A model generated the notes under the pieces. It was not told where the DNA came from and made no database searches. It saw nothing but the letters and a program-made list of their open reading frames with translations. Position numbers and translations under genes: made by a program. Below, in pieces: positions 57,202-64,000 of a stretch of 64,000 nucleotides of DNA (positions are counted from its first letter, which is position 1; each line of letters opens with the position of its first letter). This DNA is from Candidatus Sumerlaeota bacterium. GTDB lineage: Bacteria > Sumerlaeota > Sumerlaeia > MWCT01 > JAUWMI01. The DNA is taken from the NCBI GenBank assembly GCA_030613245.1, contig JAUWMI010000003.1:65062-129061 (forward strand). Reading direction: 5' to 3'.

Positions 57202-57588
57202 TGCTCACTACCTCCGGAGGGGCTTAATTATACAGTGGTCAGGCGCCAGCCCGGGTCGGGATTTCTGCGTGACTTAAATAAGTATAGTCAGGTCTGCGAA
57301 AGCCGACTTTTTTCAGCAAGTGAAAGATTGGGCGCCTTTCCCTTTCAACCGCTCTGCGAATTGCTTTTGATAGAAAACCTGGTGTTGCTTGTCAAGGATT
57401 TTTCACGGCAATGCGCTTCGCTTTCCCTTTGGCGAATCGGCCCTCAGAGACACTCTGGCTGTTCCTGGAATGATATAGAATAAGGAGGATTTTGGGAGCC
57501 TCCTTCTCGATATAGCCCTTGATGCAGCTGGCCTTGTTCTCCTTCTTAATATAAGTTTACGGAGCTGAGGATTGGCTGGTAGGTGAAG

Positions 57589-60500
57589 TCAGCGTTCTTC
57601 TGGTTTCGTTTTCTTTGGCCGTATAGCCGCTCTAATAGCTTGGAGCAGGTCGGCTAAGGAGTAGGGTTTTTGTAGAAAGCGAAATCCTCTTTCACGCATG
57701 AGAGGCCATTGCGATCTCTGATCCGTGTAACCACTGCACAGCAGGACGCTGAGTTCGGGTTTGCGAGAGAGGAGTTGTTCGGCCAATAGAGAACCGCTTT
57801 TATCAGGCAGCACTATGTCGCTGAAAAGCAGGTGGAAATTCCCCTTTTCTCTCTCGAAGATATTCAGCGCCTCTTTTGCATTTCCTGCATCGAATACGAC
57901 GTACCCATTTTCGCGAAGTACCCTCGTGGTAAATTCACGCACCCGTTGTTCATCCTCCACCAGCAGAATGCGTTCGCTACGGCCTTGAAGCTTTGGCAGC
58001 GAAACTATCTTCTTAATTTGAGATTTTTGTTTTATGGAAAAAGTCGGCAAGTAGACCTTGAATATTGAGCCCTGCCCGGGCTCACTGTAGACATTTATCC
58101 ACCCCTCGTGTTGTTTCACAATACCATAGACTACGGAAAGGCCAAGTCCGGTTCCCTTTTCACCCTTTTTGGTGGTAAAAAAAGGTTCGAAGATGTGCGG
58201 GATGATTTCTTTATCCATGCCGCTTCCTGTATCAGCAACTGATAGACGAACGAATTTTCCGGGGCGCGCTTCGGGGACGAGCGTACAGTAATCTTCGTCC
58301 AGGGTCACGTTTTCGGTCTTGATAGTGAGCTTACCGCCCTCAGGCATAGGAATGGCGTCGCGGGCGTTGACGGCGAGATTCATGATGACCTGCTCGATCT
58401 GCCCGCGGTCTGCTTTCACGCGATCGAGATTGGCTTCGAGAAGGGTAACCATGTCAATGTCCTCGCCGATCAGATGACGCAGCATCTTCTCCATGTCGGT
58501 GATCACGGCGTTGAGGTCCAGCGCCATGGGTTGGAGCACCTGCCTGCGGCTGAGGACAAGAAGCTGCCGGGTCAGCGAGGCAGCTGCCTCCGCGGCCTTA
58601 TAAATCTCTTCGATGTCCTTGCGCAGTGGGTCTTGATCGCTTACCCGATTTAGCAGGAGCTCGGTGTAACCGGTGATGGCTGTCAGCAGGTTGTTGAAGT
58701 CGTGTGCTACCCCGCCTGCCAGTCTTCCTATTGCTTCCATCTTCTGCGACTGACGCAGCTGCTCCTCGCTGGTACGGAGCGCCTCCTCCGCCTGCTTGCG
58801 CTCGGTGATGTCCTGCAAGATGCCGAGCGAAGCTATGACTTTCCCCGTTTTTTTATCAAAAATAGGCAAAGAACAGTCGCTCAGCCATTTTTCTTCACCC
58901 TTTGGTGTGCTAATTTTAATATCGCATTTATATCTGTTTAGCTCACCTCTTCGAAATGCCCTTGCACATTCAAATGGATCAGATGGGGCTTCCGGATCCG
59001 CTACCATGCGTTCTTTTATAAGTTTGCCAAAATTTTTCTTGGTTAGCTCATTAGGAGGGATTCCAAGAAGTTCCTCACAACCTTTACCGAAGAATTCGAA
59101 AGTGCCATCGCCGTAATTAAGGCGATAAGGAACTCCCTGTGTGTTTTCAATTACCTCCCTATAAATTTGATGCACATGTTTTAATTCTTCCTCGGCCTGC
59201 TTGCGCTCGGTGACGTCCTGCAAGATACCCAGGGATCCAACAACTTTTCCCTGTGTATCCTTTAACTGCACGGCAGAATCTGAGATCCAGCGTGTTTGCC
59301 CGTCGCGCGTCAGAATACGGTAGTCAGCTTGCCACTTATGAACCTGGCCGGCCTGAGCTCGTCGGAGGGCTTCCTCGAACTCCACTCCAGCCAGCTCACC
59401 CCGAAGAATATTCTCCTGAGCTATTTTGTAAAGGACACCGGCATTGAATTCTTCGAGTGAATATCCAGTGAGCTCGGTGATCCCTTCTCCCACGAAAGTA
59501 AAAGCACCAAGACGGTGGTCGCGCTGGTAGGGCACCCCCTGTGCAAAGCTAATGGCTTTGCGGTAGATTTCCTCCGATTTTCGGAGATTCTCCTCGGCCG
59601 TTAGTCTTGATAACGCAACACCCACAACATTAGCGACATCTGCAAAAAGCTCAAGATCAGCACTATTGTACGCGTTGTACGTATAGCTCTGCACGGTAAC
59701 GATTCCTTTTGTCTCTCCTTTGTAACACATTGGAGCAAACATGAGGGAAGCGGAAAGCCGGCTGGTATCTCCGAAGGGGACAAGTTTTGTCGCGGTTCCT
59801 TCATCAGGTTTTCGCAGTTCAATGATCGGCTCACCGGTTTTAAATATGCTCAACAAAGGATTATTTTCTAGTGGGAATGTTCTATTCGCTTCCCAGATTT
59901 TGAATTTCCCATCAATGATATCTGCCTGCAAGACCGAAACCAGCTCATTCGTTGCAGGGTTACAGATAACGAATGAGAACGCATCAACCGGCATCACATT
60001 CGAAAGCGACTGGAGAGTAGAACGAGCCAGTTCCTGCAGTTGGTCGGCATCCATGGCCAACTGTGCCGCTTTGTGAACAGTAGCAATATGGCGCATTTTA
60101 CTGCGCGTCTCTTCCTCGGCCCGCTTGCGCTCGGTGATGTCAGTAACCATCCACAGACAACCAACATATCGCTCTTCTTTGTCTAAAAGGAGTTTGGTTG
60201 AAACAATCGCCCATAGCTCCGTACCGTCCTTACGCCGGAACTTAAAATCGTGGCGTTCTGCGACCCTCTTGCAGTGAGGCTTTATAAGAGTGGTTTCTGA
60301 AATAGCATGCCATTCGTCGTCCGTAAAAGCAAACAATGGTTTGCCAATCATCTCTCCCACGGTGTACCCCAGCATCTCGGCCATCTTGGAGTTTGTAAAT
60401 ACCGTCATATGATCAGCGTCGAGAACCCAGATACCTTCGTTCGCAGTCTCCACGATGTGACGATAACGCTCTTCGCTCTTCCCGAGGGCTTCCTCTGCCC

Positions 60501-61101
60501 GCTTGCGCTCGCTGATGTCTCGTTGAAGTTGTACGTTGATTTTTCTTAGTTCTGCTGTGCGTTCTTCTACCAGCTCCTCAAGGTGTTCGCGATGTTTCCT
60601 TAGATCCTCCGCCGCGCGCTTGCGCTCGGTGATGTCCGAGAACACGCCGTCAGCATATAGCATATGGTCTTTTTCGTAGGTAGCCACTGCCCTGTCGTGC
60701 AACCAGATCCACTTTCTATCTTTTCTCTTGATCCTGTACTCAATATCAAACCGTGTCCCTTTTTCAAATAGTTCTTTATACGCTTCTTTCACATTCTTAA
60801 TGTCATCAGGATGGATTCTCTCAAACCAGAGACGATCACCTCCCTTATAAATTTCTTCTGGAGTGTACCCATAAACTGTCTCTACATTTGGACTGATAAA
60901 GGTACTATTGCCTTCACGATCGGTCGTCCATGTAACATCCGGGATGTTTGAAACAAGCAAACGATATTTCTTCTCGCTCTGCCTAAGTGCTTCCGCTGCC
61001 TGCTTGCGCTCGGTCTCAGCCTGCTCGAGTTCTGCTACACGCTGACGCAGCTGTTTCAACTCCTCCATCGGTCGAGCCTTCGTCTTTCTCTCTTGCTTCA
61101 T
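57589..61101 (-). CDS. Hybrid sensor histidine kinase with multiple PAS/PAC domains, HisKA, HATPase_c and C-terminal receiver
   Basis: Repeated …DITERKRAEE… PAS boundaries. H-box …AHDFNNLL… G-box. C-terminal REC (…LLVEDEQRVREF…). N-terminal coiled coil. Confidence 0.85.
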   Translation of the reverse strand: MKQERKTKARPMEELKQLRQRVAELEQAETERKQAAEALRQSEKKYRLLVSNIPDVTWTTDREGNSTFISPNVETVYGYTPEEIYKGGDRLWFERIHPDDIKNVKEAYKELFEKGTRFDIEYRIKRKDRKWIWLHDRAVATYEKDHMLYADGVFSDITERKRAAEDLRKHREHLEELVEERTAELRKINVQLQRDISERKRAEEALGKSEERYRHIVETANEGIWVLDADHMTVFTNSKMAEMLGYTVGEMIGKPLFAFTDDEWHAISETTLIKPHCKRVAERHDFKFRRKDGTELWAIVSTKLLLDKEERYVGCLWMVTDITERKRAEEETRSKMRHIATVHKAAQLAMDADQLQELARSTLQSLSNVMPVDAFSFVICNPATNELVSVLQADIIDGKFKIWEANRTFPLENNPLLSIFKTGEPIIELRKPDEGTATKLVPFGDTSRLSASLMFAPMCYKGETKGIVTVQSYTYNAYNSADLELFADVANVVGVALSRLTAEENLRKSEEIYRKAISFAQGVPYQRDHRLGAFTFVGEGITELTGYSLEEFNAGVLYKIAQENILRGELAGVEFEEALRRAQAGQVHKWQADYRILTRDGQTRWISDSAVQLKDTQGKVVGSLGILQDVTERKQAEEELKHVHQIYREVIENTQGVPYRLNYGDGTFEFFGKGCEELLGIPPNELTKKNFGKLIKERMVADPEAPSDPFECARAFRRGELNRYKCDIKISTPKGEEKWLSDCSLPIFDKKTGKVIASLGILQDITERKQAEEALRTSEEQLRQSQKMEAIGRLAGGVAHDFNNLLTAITGYTELLLNRVSDQDPLRKDIEEIYKAAEAAASLTRQLLVLSRRQVLQPMALDLNAVITDMEKMLRHLIGEDIDMVTLLEANLDRVKADRGQIEQVIMNLAVNARDAIPMPEGGKLTIKTENVTLDEDYCTLVPEARPGKFVRLSVADTGSGMDKEIIPHIFEPFFTTKKGEKGTGLGLSVVYGIVKQHEGWINVYSEPGQGSIFKVYLPTFSIKQKSQIKKIVSLPKLQGRSERILLVEDEQRVREFTTRVLRENGYVVFDAGNAKEALNIFEREKGNFHLLFSDIVLPDKSGSLLAEQLLSRKPELSVLLCSGYTDQRSQWPLMRERGFRFLQKPYSLADLLQAIRAAIRPKKTKPEER

Positions 61102-61133
61102 CTTTCGGCCCTCCTCATCAGCACTTAGATCGC

Positions 61134-62525
61134 CTATTCCGACTGATCGCCCCCTGCCTGTCTTCTCTTCTCCTCATACATTCGCATATCCGCTTTGGTC
61201 AAGGCTTCTTCCAAGGATTCAGAGCCGTCAGGACTCCAGTAGGCTGTGCCGATAGATAACGTAACAGGGAAGCCCAGCAGTTCGTTCATCTCATTCGGGC
61301 GAGTCATTTTCTCGATGATTCGCTGCTTTACTACTTTTGCTTCACCGTCAGTCTCAATCAGCACGATTAAGAACTCATCCCCACCGTAGCGGACCACAGT
61401 GTCAGTTTCCCTTACTGCTTTTACCAGCCAAGATGCTACCACTTGGAGAACCTTATCCCCCGTCTGGTGGCCGAATCGGTCGTTGATCTCCTTGAACCCG
61501 TTGACATCTAACATCAGGAAACCGATGGAGTGCTTATATCTCTCGGAGCGTTTGTTCTCTTGTTCCAGTACCTGGTTGAGGTAATTGCGGTTGTAGACGC
61601 CGGTCAGGGAGTCATGGATAGCCTGCTGTTTAAGCTCGTTCTGCAGATGAATTCGTTTCAGCGCTCCCTCAGCGTGGCCGAGTAGCAGCTCGACCAGCCG
61701 TGCGTCATCTTCAGTAAAGGCATCGGGCTCGGTGGATAGAGCCTGGAATACACCGATGTCGCCGATAGGTGCGATGATCCCGGACTTGAAGTCTCCCCGT
61801 TTCAGCCTTGCCTCGGTGACTTTATCCAGGCTGCCAAAGACGTAGGTCTTACCGGTGCGGTAGGTCTTTCCGGCTATCCCCTCATCGAGGTCGCTTTCCA
61901 TGCTTGCTTCAGAGGGTAGTTGGGATGATGTAGCCTTAACCACCATCTTGTTTCCTTCTACTATGTCCAGGGTGCAGATGGAGAAGTCAAGGATCCGCTC
62001 TGATGCATTGACAGTCAGTTGATATACTTCCTCTTCGGTTTCACAGGTCTCCAGATGTCGAGCTGTTTCATGAAGACTTTCTATCTTCTGCTTCGACTCT
62101 CGCAGCGCCTCCACTGCTTGCTGCTTCTCTTGGGCGAGACGATACTTATGGAGCACTTGTTCGATCACCACGGGCAGCAATTCAAGGAACCCTCCCTCGA
62201 CGTCTTTGGCGATGTAATCGCTTGCTCCCAGTTTCATGGCCTCCACGGCGATCTCCTCATTTCCGGCGCCAGTGACCATAATCGTGGGCGGTAGCGGACC
62301 CTGTGAAACCATGGTGCGAATCACTTCCAGCCCATCATGCACGGGCATTGATTGATCCACTAGCACCACGTCGCAGGAGCCCCTGGCGTACATGCGCAGG
62401 CCCTCTTCGCCGTCGCGGGCGAGGACTACGACGTAGCCCGCTCGCTCAAGCTTTTTTTGCGCAAGACGGGCGATTCCCTCGTCGTCTTCCATATAGAGAA
62501 TGCGAACAGGTTTCGATTTGGCCAT
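61134..62525 (-). CDS. Response regulator with REC, GAF-like and GGDEF (diguanylate cyclase) domains
   Basis: MAKSKPVRILYMEDD… receiver. GGDEF motif RYGGDEF. Start chosen at 62525 (GAGGAG SD). Confidence 0.85.
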   Translation of the reverse strand: MAKSKPVRILYMEDDEGIARLAQKKLERAGYVVVLARDGEEGLRMYARGSCDVVLVDQSMPVHDGLEVIRTMVSQGPLPPTIMVTGAGNEEIAVEAMKLGASDYIAKDVEGGFLELLPVVIEQVLHKYRLAQEKQQAVEALRESKQKIESLHETARHLETCETEEEVYQLTVNASERILDFSICTLDIVEGNKMVVKATSSQLPSEASMESDLDEGIAGKTYRTGKTYVFGSLDKVTEARLKRGDFKSGIIAPIGDIGVFQALSTEPDAFTEDDARLVELLLGHAEGALKRIHLQNELKQQAIHDSLTGVYNRNYLNQVLEQENKRSERYKHSIGFLMLDVNGFKEINDRFGHQTGDKVLQVVASWLVKAVRETDTVVRYGGDEFLIVLIETDGEAKVVKQRIIEKMTRPNEMNELLGFPVTLSIGTAYWSPDGSESLEEALTKADMRMYEEKRRQAGGDQSE

Positions 62526-62530
62526 GGACT

Positions 62531-62974
62531 TCACTCCTCATTCGGTGCAGAAACAATTGTTAGGAATAATCCCAGCTTGTGGATTGCATCGGCGAACTCC
62601 TCATATTCCACCGGTTTGGTGATGTAGACGTTGCAGCCACTGTTGTAGCACCGGGATACTTCGCGGGTGTCATCCGTGGTGGTCAAGATGATCACCGGGA
62701 TGCGTTTGGAGCGCTCATCCGCCTTCATGCGGTCAAGCACCTGGTAGCCGTCGAGCACCGGCAGATTCAGGTCGAGCAGTACCAACAGAGGTGAGGCGCG
62801 CTCGGTCCCCGTGTACTCACCCTCGCTGAACACGTAGTCGAGCGCTTGCTGCCCGTCGCCGACTGTGATGATATGGTTCGTTATGTTCGAGCGACGCAGG
62901 TTCTTCTCGATCAGACGGGCATGTCCCGAGTCGTCTTCCACCAACAGAATGGACACCTCCTGCATCTTAGACAT
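62531..62974 (-). CDS. Single-domain response regulator (CheY-like receiver)
   Basis: MSKMQEVSILLVEDD… after AGGAGG. Conserved Asp/Lys positions of REC. Confidence 0.8.
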   Translation of the reverse strand: MSKMQEVSILLVEDDSGHARLIEKNLRRSNITNHIITVGDGQQALDYVFSEGEYTGTERASPLLVLLDLNLPVLDGYQVLDRMKADERSKRIPVIILTTTDDTREVSRCYNSGCNVYITKPVEYEEFADAIHKLGLFLTIVSAPNEE

Positions 62975-64000
62975 TTTCGCCTCCTTTTTCAAGATAGTTC
63001 GAGATTGTGAAAGTGAATGTCGTCCCCACCCCCAGTTTGGATTCACACCAGATGCGCCCGCCGTGGCGACGCACCAGGGTTTGCACGTAGAGCAGGCCCA
63101 TGCCTTCGCCGGGGATGTCCTGCCTTCCGGCTCGGCGGAAAAGCGCAAACACCTTGTCTATGTCCTCCTCTGAGATACCCCGCCCGTTGTCCCGGACGCG
63201 GAAAGTCGTTTCGTCGTCGCCGCGTTCAGCGGTGATCTCGATCTCCCCGGGGCGGCCAGGGTCGAGATATTTCACGGCATTGTCCAAGATGTTGCCCATG
63301 ATCTGCTCCATCGAGATCCGGTCGGTGACCATTTCCGGCAAATGTCCCACGGTCACCTTCACCTGGCGTTCCTCGATCTGGTGGGCCAGAGTCTTCAAGG
63401 TCGCCTGGACAAGGGCGTGCATATCAATAGGCTCAAGCTTGAGCTCACGGCGGCCCAAACGAGACAACTTTAAGAGGGCATTGATAAAGCGGTCCATGCG
63501 GATCGCGGAGGAGTCTATAAAATCCAGGGCTTCCGGTACATCTTCCTCGAGAGCCTTGGTTACGGCCTGCCGCTGTCCCTCGTCCAGGTGCGGCAAAGCC
63601 GCGTTCATCGAGGGGCCAATCAACTCCAGGGCGAAACGAAGTTCAGCGGCAAAGCCTTTCATGTTGAGCAGCGGAGCCCGTAGGTCATGGGAGACAGCGT
63701 AGGTGAAAGTCTTGAGTTCCTCGTTGGCCTGCTCCAATTCGGCGGCATAGCGTTGTATCTGTTCCTCCGCCTGCTTGCGTTCGGTGATGTCGCGGATAAT
63801 CGCAACCGCCCACCAGCTCCCCTTAACCATTATGGATGACACCGATATTTCCATTGGGAATTCTGAGCCATCCTTGCGCAAGGCAGTTAGCTCGAGGACC
63901 TTGCCGACCGCAGGACCTTGCCCCGTCTTCTTGAACCCCTCAATTCCCTTCTTGTAGGCTTCATGGTACTTACGAGGAGCAAGCGCTTCGTGTACGTCCT
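62967..64000 (-). CDS. PAS-sensor histidine kinase (C-terminal part; gene continues beyond the window end)
   Basis: PAS boundary DITERKQAEE. H-box …AVSHDLRAPL…, N, G1 and G2 boxes. The frame stays open to 64000. Confidence 0.8.
   Translation of the reverse strand, partial: DVHEALAPRKYHEAYKKGIEGFKKTGQGPAVGKVLELTALRKDGSEFPMEISVSSIMVKGSWWAVAIIRDITERKQAEEQIQRYAAELEQANEELKTFTYAVSHDLRAPLLNMKGFAAELRFALELIGPSMNAALPHLDEGQRQAVTKALEEDVPEALDFIDSSAIRMDRFINALLKLSRLGRRELKLEPIDMHALVQATLKTLAHQIEERQVKVTVGHLPEMVTDRISMEQIMGNILDNAVKYLDPGRPGEIEITAERGDDETTFRVRDNGRGISEEDIDKVFALFRRAGRQDIPGEGMGLLYVQTLVRRHGGRIWCESKLGVGTTFTFTISNYLEKGGENV

Noticed and set aside
63100-63702. 200-aa plus-strand ORF
   Set aside because: It is antisense to the PAS histidine-kinase gene.
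58783-63795. Recurrent ~30-nt motif ctc(c/g)gcctgcttgcgctcggtgatgtc (seven or more copies): possible CRISPR-like or dispersed repeat
   Set aside because: All copies are in-frame inside the kinase genes and encode the conserved PAS-domain boundary peptide (ITERK(Q/R)AEE, antisense as read on the plus strand). The spacing is irregular and the flanks are coding, so this is not a CRISPR array.

Overview
This 64-kb window looks like chromosomal DNA from a moderately GC-rich (~55%) bacterium with strong GGAGG-type ribosome-binding sites, probably an uncultivated lineage. By eye I found no rRNA, tRNA or CRISPR array. The window is gene-dense (about 45 CDS).

Genes, in order:
- carB (5' part) and carA.
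- Secreted proteins that share an unusual duplicated 3' module.
- An OppA/OppB/OppC-like transporter interrupted by two GT-C membrane glycosyltransferases; one of them carries a PA14 domain.
- sppA, a DUF1343/NamZ-like gene and an NmrA-like reductase.
- A low-GC 1.6-kb insertion flanked by ~315-bp direct repeats.
- An S41 peptidase, an ACC-deaminase/D-cysteine desulfhydrase-like gene, an ArnT-like GT-C gene, ymdB and several secreted proteins.
- A Rieske / cytochrome b / octaheme HAO-like cytochrome c / Hcp gene cluster. I read it as a candidate quinol-dependent nitrite-to-hydroxylamine-to-ammonium module; its cytochrome b carries an in-frame TAG.
- YfhO, a DUF1611 gene and a dipeptide epimerase.
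- An M6 metalloprotease, a sugar ABC transporter, and a small FRG-domain islet.
- A gldA/gldF/gldG/DUF4340 operon.
- A PAS-rich two-component / c-di-GMP cluster.

The intergenic space is rich in structured repeats: a ~110-180-bp MITE-like element (4 copies), GTAGGGGC...GCCCCTAC REP-like hairpins, and a ~90-bp element preceding both carA and carB.
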